This document shows, piece after piece, positions 1 to 13,700 of a stretch of DNA of 64,000 nucleotides. Positions within the stretch are counted from its first letter, which is position 1, and every line of letters starts with the position of its first letter. The stretch comes from Eledone cirrhosa (taxonomy: Eukaryota). Below the pieces are notes generated by a model. It made no database searches and was not told where the DNA came from. It saw only the letters and a program-made list of their open reading frames with translations. The stretch spans positions 47,678,001 to 47,742,000 of the forward strand of contig OZ024744.1 of the NCBI GenBank assembly GCA_964016885.1, written 5' to 3'. The translations under genes and the position numbers were made by a program.

Positions 1-3000
1 ATCACATTAGACTATCAAGACCAGAACACCAACAACATCACATTAGACTATCAAGACCATAACACCAACCATATTAGACTATCAAGACCAGAACACCAAC
101 CACATCACATTAGACTATCAAGACCAGAACACCAACCACATAAGACTATCAAGACTAGAACACCAACCACATTAGACTATCAAGACCAGAACACCAACCA
201 CATCACATTAGAATATCAAGACCAGAACACCAACCACATTAGACTATCAAGATCAGAACACCAACCACATCACATTAGACTATCAAGACCAGAACACCAA
301 CCACATTAGACTATCAAGAACAGAACACCAACCACATTAGACTATCAAGAACAGAACACCAACCACATTAGATTATCAAGACCAGAACACCAACCACATC
401 ACATTAGACTATCAAGACCAGAACACTAACCACATTAGACTATCAAGACCAGAACACTAACAACATCACATAGTCTATCAAGACCAGAACACCAACAACA
501 TCACATTAGACTATAAAGACCAGAACACCAACAACATCACATTAGACTATCAAGACCAGAACACCACCCACATCACATTAGACTATCAAAACCAGAACAC
601 CAAACACATCACATAAGACTATCAAGACCAGAACACCAACCACATTAGACTACCATGACCAGAACAACAACCACATAACATTAGACTATTAAGACCAGAA
701 CACCAACCACATCACATTAGACTATCAAGACCAGAACACCAACCACATTAGACTATCAAGACCAGAACTCCAACCACATCACATTAGACTATCAAGATCA
801 GAACACCAACCACATTAGACTATCAAGACCAGAACACCAACCACATCACATTAGACTATCAAGACCATAACACCAACCACATTAGACTATCAAGACCATA
901 ACACCAACCACATTAGACTATCAAGACCAGAACACCAACCACATTAGACTATCAAGACCAGAACACCAACCACATTAGACTATCAAGACCAGAACACCAA
1001 CCACATCACATAAGACTATCAAGACCAGAACATAAACCACATCACATTAGACTATCAAGACCAGAACACCAACCACATCACATTAGACTATCAAGACCAG
1101 AACACCAACCACATCACATTAGACCATCAAGACCAGAACACCAACCACATCACATTAGACTATCAAGACCAGAACACCAACCGCATCACATTAGACTATC
1201 AAGACCAGAACACCAACCACATTAGACTATCAAGACCAGAACACCAACCACATTAGACTATCAAGACCAGAACACCAACCACATTAGACTATCAAGACCA
1301 GAACACCAACCACATCACATAAGACTATCAAGACCAGAACATAAACCACATCACATTAGACTATCAAGACCAGAACACCAACCACATCACATTAGACTAT
1401 CAAGACCAGAACACCAACCACATCACATTAGACTATCAAGACCAGAACACTAACCCCATTAGACTATCAAGACCAGAACACCAACCACATTAGACTATCA
1501 AGACCAGAACACCAACCACATTAGACTATCAAGACCAGAACACCAACCACATTAGACTATCAAGACCAGAACTCCAACCACATTAGACTATCAAGACCAG
1601 AACACCAACCACATCACATTAGACTATCAAGACCAGAACACCAACCACATTAGACTATCAAGACCAGAACACCAACAATATCATTTTAGACTATCAAGAA
1701 CAGAACACCAACCACATTAGACTATCAAGACCAGAACACCAACAACATTAGACTATCAAGACCAGAACACCAACCACATCACATTAGACTATCAAGACCA
1801 GAACACCAACCACGTTAGACTATCAAGACCAGAACACCAACCACATCACATTAGCCTATCAAGAACAGAACACCAACCACATTAGACTATCAAGACCAGA
1901 ACACCAACCACATTAGACTATCAAAACCAGAACACCAACCACATCACATTAGACTATCAAGACTAGAACACCAACCACATTAGACTATCAAGACCAGAAC
2001 ACCAACCACATCACATTAGAATATCCAGACCAGAACACCAACCATATCACATTAGACTATCAAGACCTGAACACCAACGACATCACATTAGACTATCAAG
2101 ACCAGAACACCAACAACATCACATTAGACTATCAAGACCAGAACACCAACCACATTAGACTATCAAGAACATAACACCAACAATATTAGACTATCAAGAA
2201 CATAACACCAACCACATTAGACTATCAAGAACAGAACACCAACCACATTAGTCTATCAAGAACAGAACACCAACCACATTAGACTATCAAGACCAGAACA
2301 CCAACAACATCACATTAGCCTATCAACAACAGAACACCAACCACATTAGACTATCAAGACCAGAACACCAACCACATTAGACTATCAAGACCAGAACACC
2401 AACCACATCACATTAGACTATCAAGACCAGAACACCAACCACATTAGACTATCAACACCAGAACACCAACCACATCACATTAGAATACCAAGACCAGAAC
2501 ACCAACCACATCACATTAGACTATCAAGACCTGAACACCAACCACATCACATTAGACTATCAAGACCAGAACACCAACCACATTAGACTATCAAGAACAT
2601 AACACCAGCAACATTAGACTATCAAGACCATAACACCAACCACATTAGACTATCAAGAACAGAACACCAACCACATTAGACTATCAAGACCAGAACACCA
2701 ACAACAATAGACTATCAAGACCAGAACACCAACCACATTAGACTATCAAGAACAGAACACCAACCACATTAGACTATCAAGACCAGAACACCAACCACAT
2801 TAGACTATCAAGAACAGAACACCAACCACATTAGACTATCAAGAACAGAACACCAACCACTTTAGACTATCAAGACCAGAACACCAACCACATTAGACTA
2901 TCAAGACCAGAACACCAACCACATCACATTAGACTATCAAGCCCAGAACACCAACCACATTAGACTATCAAGACCAGAACACCAACCACATCACATTAGA

Positions 3001-3749
3001 CTATCAAGACCAGAACACCAACCACATCACATTAGACTATCAAGACCAGAACACCAACCACATTAGACTATCAAGAACATAACACCAACAACATTAGACT
3101 ATCAAGACCATAACACCAACCACATTAGACTATCAAGAACAGAACACCAACCACATTAGACTATCAAGACCAGAACACCAACAACAATAGACTATCAAGA
3201 CCAGAACACCAACCACATTAGACTATCAAGAACAGAACACCAACCACATTAGACTATCAAGACCAGAACACCAACCACATTAGACTATCAAGAACAGAAA
3301 ACCAACCACATTAGACTATCAAGAACAGAACACCAACCACATTAGACTATCAAGACCAGAACACCAACCACATCACATTAGCCTATCAAGAACAGAACAC
3401 CAACCACATTAGACTATCAAGACCAGAACACCAACCACATTAGACTATCAAAACCAGAACACCAACCACATCACATTAGACTATCAAGACCAGAACAGCA
3501 CCCACATTAGACTATCAAGACCAGAACACCAACCACATCACATTAGAATATCAAGACCAGAACACCAACCATATCACATTAGACTATCAAGACCAGAACA
3601 CCAACCACATCACATTAGACTATCAAGACCAGAACACCAACAACATCACATTAGACTATCAAGACCAGAACACCAACAACATTAGACTATCAAGAACATA
3701 ACACCAACAACATTAGACTATCAAGACCATAACACCAACCACATTAGAC

Positions 3750-4290
3750 TATCAAGAACAGAATACCAACCACATTAGACTATCAAGACCAGAACACCAA
3801 CAACAAAAGACTATCAAGACCAGAACACCAACCACATTAGACTATCAAGAACAGAACACCAACCACATTAGACTATCAAGACCAGAACACCAACCACATT
3901 AGACTATCAAGAACAGAACACCGACCACATTAGACTATCAAGAACAGAACACCAACCACATTAGACTATCAAGACCAGAACACCAACCACATCACATTAG
4001 CCTATCAAGAACAGAACACCAACCACATTAGACTATCAAGACCAGAACACCAACCACATTAGACTATCAAGAACAGAATACCAACCACATTAGACTATCA
4101 AGACCAGAACACCAACAACAAAAGACTATCAAGACCAGAACACCAACCACATTAGACTATCAAGAACAGAACACCAACCACATTAGACTATCAAGACCAG
4201 AACACCAACCACATTAGACTATCAAGAACAGAACACCGACCACATTAGACTATCAAGAACAGAACACCAACCACATTAGACTATCAAGAC
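3750..4290. repeat. 315-bp (10-monomer) local tandem duplication
   Basis: CAACAAAAGA at 3801 and 4116; private variant CCGACCAC at 3921 and 4236. 315 = 9x31 + 36. Confidence 0.85.
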
Positions 4291-4719
4291 AAGAACAGCA
4301 ACCACTTCACATTAGACTATCAAGACCAGAACACCAACCACATTAGACTATCAAGACCAGAACACCAACCACATCACATTAGAATATCAAGACCAGAACA
4401 CCAACCACATCACATTAGTCTATCAAGACCTGAACACCAACCACATCACATTAGACTATCAAGACCAGAACCCCAACAACATCACATTAGACTATCAAGA
4501 CCAGAACACCAACAACATTAGACTATCAAGAACAGAACACCAACAACATTAGACTATCAAGACCATAACACCAACCACATTAGACTATCAAGAACAGAAC
4601 ACCAACCACATTAGACTATCAAGACCAGAACACCAACAACATTAGACTATCAAGACCAGAACACCAACCACATTAGACTATCAAGGACAGAACACCAACC
4701 ATATTAGACTATCAAGACC

Positions 4720-6230
4720 AGAACACCAACCACATTAGACTATCAAGAACAGAACACCAACCACATTAGACTATCAAGAACAGAACACCAACCACATTAG
4801 ACTATCAAGACCAGAACACCAACCACATCACATTAGCCTATCAAGAACAGAACACCAACCACATTAGACTATCAAGACCAGAACACCAACCACATTAGAC
4901 TATCAAGAACAGAACACAAACCACATTAGACTATCAAGACCAGAACACCAACCACATTAGACTATCAAGACCAGAACACCAAACACATTACACTATCAAG
5001 AACAGAACACCAACCACATTAGACTATCAAGAACAGAACACCAACCACATTAGACTATCAAGAACAGAACACCAACCACATTAGACTATCAAGAACAGAA
5101 CACCAACCACATTAGACTATCAAGAACAGAACACCAACCACATTAGACTATCAAGAACAGAACACAAACCACATTAGACTATCAAGACCAGAACATTAAC
5201 AACATCACATAGTCTATCAAGACCAGAACACCAACAACATCACATTAGACTATCAAGACCAGAACACCACCCACATCACATTAGACTATCAAGACCAGAA
5301 CACCAAACACATCACATTAGACTATCAAGACCAGAACACCAACCACATTAGACTACCAAGACCAGAACACCAACCACATCACATTGGACTATTAAGGCAA
5401 GAACACCAACCACATTAGACTATCAAGACCAGAACTCCAACCACATTACACTATCAAGACCAGAACACCAACCACATTAGACTATCAAGAACAGAACACC
5501 AACCACATTAGACTATCAAGAACAGAACACCAACCACATTAGACTATCAAGACAAGAACACCAACCACATCACATTAGCCTATCAAGAACAGAACACCAA
5601 CCACATTAGACTATCAAGACCAGAACACCAACCACATTAGACTATCAAGAACAGAACACAAACCACATTAGACTATCAAGACCAGAACACCAACCACATT
5701 AGACTATCAAGACCAGAACACCAAGCACATTACACTATCAAGAACAGAACACCAACCACATTAGACTATCAAGAACAGAACACCAACCACATTAGACTAT
5801 CAAGAACAGAACACCAACCACATTAGACTATCAAGACCAGAACACCAACCACATTAGACTATCAAGAACAGAACACCAACCACATTAGACTATCAAGAAC
5901 AGAACACCAACCACATTAGACTATCAAGAACAGAACACAAACCACATTAGACTATCAAGACCAGAACATTAACAACATCACATAGTCTATCAAGACCAGA
6001 ACACCAACAACATCACATTAGACTATCAAGACCAGAACACCACCCACATCACATTAGACTATCAAGACCAGAACACCAAACACATCACATTAGACTATCA
6101 AGACCAGAACACCAACCACATTAGACTACCAAGACCAGAACACCAACCACATCACATTGGACTATTAAGACCAGAACACCAACCACATTAGACTATCAGG
6201 ACCAGAACTCCAACCACATTAGACTATCAA
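4720..6230. repeat. ~0.75-0.77 kb local tandem duplication
   Basis: GAACATTAAC at 5191 and 5964; ACATTGGACT at 5381 and 6154 (both offset 773). The module is single in the paralogous 11.7-12.5 kb region. Confidence 0.85.
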
Positions 6231-9200
6231 GACCAGAACACCAACCACATCACATTAGACTATCAAGACCATAACACCAACCACATTAGACTATCAAGAC
6301 CATAACACCAACCACATTAGACTATCAAGACCAGAACAACAACTAGATCACATTAGACTATCAAGACCAGAACATCAACAATATCATTTTAGACTATCAA
6401 GACCAGAACACCAACAACATCACATTAGACTATCAAGACCAGAACACCAACCACATCACATTAGACTATCAAGACCAGAACACCAACCACATCACATTAG
6501 ACTATCAAGACCAGAACACCAACCACATCACATTAGACTATCAAGACGTGAACACCAACCACATTAGACTATCAAGACCAGAACACCAACCACATTAGAC
6601 TATCAAGACCAGAACACCAACCACATTAGACTATCAAGACCAGAACACCAACCACATCACATTAGACTATCAAGACCAGAACACCAACCACATTAGATTT
6701 CAAGACCAGAACACCAACCACAATATACTATCAAGACCAGAACACCAACCACATCACATTAGAATATCAAGACCAGAACACCAACCACATTAGACTATCA
6801 AGACCAGAACACCAACCACATCACATTAGACTATCAAGACCAGTACACCAACCACATCACATTAGACTATCAAGACCAGAACACCAACCACATCACATTA
6901 GACTATCAAGACGTGAACACCAACCACATTAGACTATCAAGACCAGAACACCAACAACATTAGACTATGAAGACCAGAACACCAACCACATTAGACTATC
7001 AAGACCAGAACACCAACCACATCACATTAGACTATCAAGACCAGAACACCAACAACATCACATTAGACTATCAAGACCATAACACCAACCATATTAGACT
7101 ATCAAGACCAGAACACCAACCACATCACATTAGACTATCAAGACCAGAACACCAACCACATTAGACTATCAAGACCAGAACACCAACCACATTAGACTAT
7201 CAAGACCAGAACACCAACCACATTAGACTATCAAGACCAGAACACCAACCACATCACATTAGAATATCAAGACCAGAACACCAACCACATCACATTAGAC
7301 TATCAAGACCAGAACACCAACCACATTAGACTATCAAGAACAGAACACCAACCACATTAGACTATCAAGAACAGAACACCAACCACATTAGATTATCAAG
7401 ACCAGAACACCAACCACATCACATTAGACTATCAAGACCAGAACACTAACCACATTAGACTATCAAGACCAGAACACTAACAACATCACATAGTCTATCA
7501 AGACCAGAACACCAACAACATCACATTAGACTATAAAGACCAGAACACCAACAACATCACATTAGACTATCAAGACCAGAACACCACCCACATCACATTA
7601 GACTATCAAAACCAGAACACCAAACACATCACATAAGACTATCAAGACCAGAACACCAACCACATTAGACTACCATGACCAGAACAACAACCAAATAACA
7701 TTAGACTATTAAGACCAGAACACCAACCACATCACATTAGACTATCAAGACCAGAACACCAACCACATTAGACTATCAAGACCAGAACTCCAACCACATC
7801 ACATTAGACTATCAAGACCAGAACACCAACCACATTAGACTACCAAGACCAGAACACCAACCACATCACATTAGACTATCAAGACCAGAACACCAACCAC
7901 ATCACATTAGACTATCAAGACCAGAACACCAACCACATCACATTAGACTATCAAGACCATAACACCAACCACATTAGACTATCAAGACCATAACACCAAC
8001 CACATTAGACTATCAAGACCAGAACACCAACCACATTAGACTATCAAGACCAGAACACCAACCACATTAGACTATCAAGACCAGAACACCAACCACATCA
8101 CATAAGACTATCAAGACCAGAACATAAACCACATCACATTAGACTATCAAGACCAGAACTCCAACCACATCACATTAGACTATCAAGACCAGAACACCAA
8201 CCACATCACATTAGACCATCAAGACCAGAACACCAACCACATCACATTAGACTATCAAGACCAGAACACCAACCGCATCACATTAGACTATCAAGACCAG
8301 AACACCAACCACATTAGACTATCAAGACCAGAACACCAAACACATTAGACTATCAAGACCAGAACACCAACCACATTAGACTATCAAGACCAGAACACCA
8401 ACCACATCACATAAGACTATCAAGACCAGAACATAAACCACATCACATTAGACTATCAAGACCAGAACACCAACCACATCACATTAGACTATCAAGACCA
8501 GAACACCAACCACATCACATTAGACTATCAAGACCAGAACACTAACCCCATTAGACTATCAAGACCAGAACACCAACCACATTAGACTATCAAGACCAGA
8601 ACACCAACCACATTAGACTATCAAGACCAGAACACCAACCACATTAGACTATCAAGACCAGAACTCCAACCACATTAGACTATCAAGACCAGAACACCAA
8701 CCACATCACATTAGACTATGAAGACCAGAACACCAACCGCATTAGACTATCAAGACCAGAACACCAACAATATCATTTTAGACTATCAAGAACAGAACAC
8801 CAACCACATTAGACTATCAAGACCAGAACACCAACAACATTAGACTATCAAGACCAGAACACCAACCACATCACATTAGACTATCAAGACCAGAACACCA
8901 ACCACGTTAGACTATCAAGACCAGAACACCAACCACATCACATTAGCCTATCAAGAACAGAACACCAACCACATTAGACTATCAAGACCAGAACACCAAC
9001 CACATTAGACTATCAAAACCAGAACACCAACCACATCACATTAGACTATCAAGACCAGAACACCAACCACATTAGACTATCAAGACCAGAACACCAACCA
9101 CATCACATTAGAATATCCAGACCAGAACAACAACCATATCACATTAGACTATCAAGACCTGAACACCAACCACATCACATTAGACTATCAAGACCAGAAC

Positions 9201-10779
9201 ACCAACAACATCACATTAGACTATCAAGACCAGAACACCAACCACATTAGACTATCAAGAACATAACACCAACAACATTAGACTATCAAGAACATAACAC
9301 CAACCACATTAGACTATCAAGAACAGAACACCAACCACATTAGTCTATCAAGAACAGAACACCAACCACATTAGACTATCAAGACCAGAACACCAACAAC
9401 ATCACATTAGCCTATCAACAACAGAACACCAACCACATTAGACTATCAAGACCAGAACACCAACCACATTAGACTATCAAGACCAGAACACCAACCACAT
9501 CACATTAGACTATCAAGACCAGAACACCAACCACATTAGACTATCAACACCAGAACACCAACCACATCACATTAGAATATCAAGACCAGAACACCAACCA
9601 CATCACATTAGACTATCAAGACCTGAACACCAACCACATCACATTAGACTATCAAGACCAGAACACCAACCACATTAGACTATCAAGAACATAACACCAG
9701 CAACATTAGACTATCAAGACCATAACACCAACCACATTAGACTATCAAGGACAGAACACCAACCACCTTAGACTATCAAGACCAGAACACCAACAACAAT
9801 AGACTATCAAGACCAGAACAGCAACCACATTAGACTATCAAGAACAGAACACCAACCACATTAGACTATCAAGACCAGAACACCAACCACATTAGACTAT
9901 CAAGAACAGAACACCAACCACATTAGACTATCAAGAACAGAACACCAACCACTTTAGACTATCAAGACCAGAACACCAACCACATTAGACTATCAAGACC
10001 AGAACACCAACCACATCACATTAGACTATCAAGACCAGAACACCAACCACATTAGACTATCAAGACCAGAACACCAACCACATCACATTAGACTATCACG
10101 ACCAGAACACCAACCACATCACATTAGACTATCACGACCTGAACACCAACCACATCACATTAGACTATCAAGACCAGAACACCAACAACATCACATTAGA
10201 CTATCAAGAACAGAACACCAACAACATTAGACTATCAAGACCATAACACCAACCACATTAGACTATCAAGAACATAACACCAACAACATTAGACTATCAA
10301 GACCATAACACCAACCACATTAGACTATCAAGAACAGAACACCAACCACATTAGACTATCAAGACCAGAACACCAACAACAATAGACTATCAAGACCAGA
10401 ACACCAACCACATTAGACTATCAAGAACAGAACACCAACCACATTAGACTATCAAGACCAGAACACCAACCACATTAGACTATCAAGAACAGAAAACCAA
10501 CCACATTAGACTATCAAGAACAGAACACCAACCACATTAGACTATCAAGACCAGAACACCAACCACATCACATTAGCCTATCAAGAACAGAACACCAACC
10601 ACATTAGACTATCAAGACCAGAACACCAACCACATTAGACTATCAAAACCAGAACACCAACCACATCACATTAGACTATCAAGACCAGAACAGCACCCAC
10701 ATTAGACTATCAAGACCAGAACACCAACCACATCACATTAGAATATCAAGACCAGAACACCAACCATATCACATTAGAC

Positions 10780-13700
10780 TATCAAGACCTGAACACCAAC
10801 CACATCACATTAGACTATCAAGACCAGAACACCAACAACATCACATTAGACTATCAAGACCAGAACACCAACCACATTAGACTATCAAGAACATAACACC
10901 AACAACATTAGACTATCAAGACCATAACACCAACCACATTAGACTATCAAGAACAGAATACCAACCACATTAGACTATCAAGACCAGAACACCAACAACA
11001 AAAGACTATCAAGACCAGAACACCAACCACATTAGACTATCAAGAACAGAACACCAACCACATTAGACTATCAAGACCAGAACACCAACCACATTAGACT
11101 ATCAAGAACAGAACACCAACCACATTAGACTATCAAGAACAGAACACCAACCACATTAGACTATCAAGACCAGAACACCAACCACATCACATTAGCCTAT
11201 CAAGAACAGAACACCAACCACATTAGACTATCAAGACCAGAACACCAACCACATTAGACTATCAAGACAAGAACAGCAACCACTTCACATTAGACTATCA
11301 AGACCAGAACACCAACCACATTAGACTATCAAGACCAGAACACCAACCACATCAAATTAGAATATCAAGACCAGAACACCAACCACATCACATTAGTCTA
11401 TCAAGACCTGAACACCAACCACATCACATTAGACTATCAAGACCAGAACCCCAACAACATCACATTAGACTATCAAGACCAGAACACCAACCACATTAGA
11501 CTATCAAGAACAGAACACCAACAACATTAGACTATCAAGACCATAACACCAACCACATTAGACTATCAAGAACAGAACACCAACCACATTAGACTATCAA
11601 GACCAGAACACCAACAACATTAGACTATCAAGACCAGAACACCAACCACATTAGACTATCAAGGACAGAACACCAACCATATTAGACTATCAAGACCAGA
11701 ACACCAACCACATTAGACTATCAAGAACAGAACACCAACCACATTAGACTATCAAGAACAGAACACCAACCACATTAGACTATCAAGACCAGAACACCAA
11801 CCACATCACATTAGCCTATCAAGAACAGAACACCAACCACATTAGACTATCAAGACCAGAACACCAACCACATTAGACTATCAAGAACAGAACACAAACC
11901 ACATTAGACTATCAAGACCAGAACACCAACCACATTAGACTATCAAGACCAGAACACCAAACACATTACACTATCAAGAACAGAACACCAACCACATTAG
12001 ACTATCAAGAACAGAACACCAACCACATTAGACTATCAAGAACAGAACACCAACCACATTAGACTATCAAGAACAGAACACCAACCACATTAGACTATCA
12101 AGAACAGAACACCAACCACATTAGACTATCAAGAACAGAACACAAACCACATTAGACTATCAAGACCAGAACATTAACAACATCACATAGTCTATCAAGA
12201 CCAGAACACCAACAACATCACATTAGACTATCAAGACCAGAACACCACCCACATCACATTAGACTATCAAGACCAGAACACCAAACACATCACATTAGAC
12301 TATCAAGACCAGAACACCAACCACATTAGACTACCAAGACCAGAACACCAACCACATCACATTGGACTATTAAGACAAGAACACCAACCACATTAGACTA
12401 TCAAGACCAGAACTCCAACCACATTACACTATCAAGACCAGAACACCAACCACATCACATTAGACTATCAAGACCATAACACCAACCACATTAGACTATC
12501 AAGACCATAACACCAACCACATTAGACTATCAAGACCAGAACAACAACTAGATCACATTAGACTATCAAGACCAGAACATCAACAATATCATTTTAGACT
12601 ATCAAGACCAGAACACCAACAACATAACATTAGACTATCAAGACCAGAACACCAACCACATCACATTAGACTATCAAGACCAGAACACCAACCACATCAC
12701 ATTAGACTATCAAGACCAGAACACCAACCACATCACATTAGACTATCAAGACGTGAACACCAACCACATTAGACTATCAAGACCAGAACTCCAACCACAT
12801 TAGACTATCAAGACCAGAACACCAACCACATTAGACTATCAAGACCAGAACACCAACCACATCACATTAGACTATCAAGACCAGAACACCAACCACATTA
12901 GATTTCAAGACCAGAACACCAACCACATTATACTATCAAGACCAGAACACCAACCACATCACATTAGAATATCAAGACCAGAACACCAACCACATTAGAC
13001 TATCAAGACCAGAACACCAACCACATCACATTAGACTATCAAGAACAGAACACCAACCACATCACATTAGACTATCAAGACCAGTACACCAACCACATCA
13101 CATTAGACTATCAAGACCAGAACACCAACCACATCACATTAGACTATCAAGACGTGAACACCAACCACATTAGACTATCAAGACCAGAACACCAACAACA
13201 TTAGACTATCAAGACCAGAACACCAACCACATTAGACTATCAAGACCAGAACACCAACCACATCACATTAGACTATCAAGACCAGAACACCAACAACATC
13301 ACATTAGACTATCAAGACCATAACACCAACCATATTAGACTATCAAGACCAGAACACCAACCACATCACATTAGACTATCAAGACCAGAACACCAACCAC
13401 ATTAGACTATCAAGACCAGAACACCAATCACATTAGACTATCAAGACCAGAACACCAACCACATCACATTAGAATATCAAGACCAGAACACCAACCACAT
13501 TAGACTATCAAGACCAGAACACCAACCACATCACATTAGACTATCAAGACCTGAACACCAACCACATCACATTAGACTATCAAGACCAGAACACCAACAA
13601 CATCACATTAGACTATCAAGACCAGAACACCAACCACATTAGACTATCAAGAACATAACACCAACAACATTAGACTATCAAGACCATAACACCAACCACA

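Larger units (their letters stand above)
1..13500. repeat. ~7.0 kb higher-order duplication (1-7020 vs 7021-~13500)
   Basis: Bases 1-60 equal 7021-7080. TACCATGACC at 651 and 7671 (offset 7020), TAACCCCATT at 1451 and 8543, CCGCATCAC at 1181 and 8273. The offset later shrinks (CTAGAT 6343 vs 12548) because copy 1 has extra internal duplications. Confidence 0.9.

Noticed and set aside
6541-6552. Dinucleotide changes (GACGTG, TATCCTG, ACATTAAC, ACATAAAC, GAGAAG) as a multinucleotide-mutation signature
   Set aside because: Single-step intermediates exist in the array (GACCTG, TCATG, ACACTAAC, ACACAAAC, GACAAG), so sequential mutation is sufficient to explain them.
6967-7164. 65-aa ORF (MKTRTPTT...HIRLSRPEHQPH)
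   Set aside because: The ATG comes from a sporadic C>G change (TATCAAG>TATGAAG). The peptide is just the monomer read through its frames: each 31-mer shifts the frame, and the TAG in ATTAG comes into frame by the third. There is no promoter, RBS or splice context.
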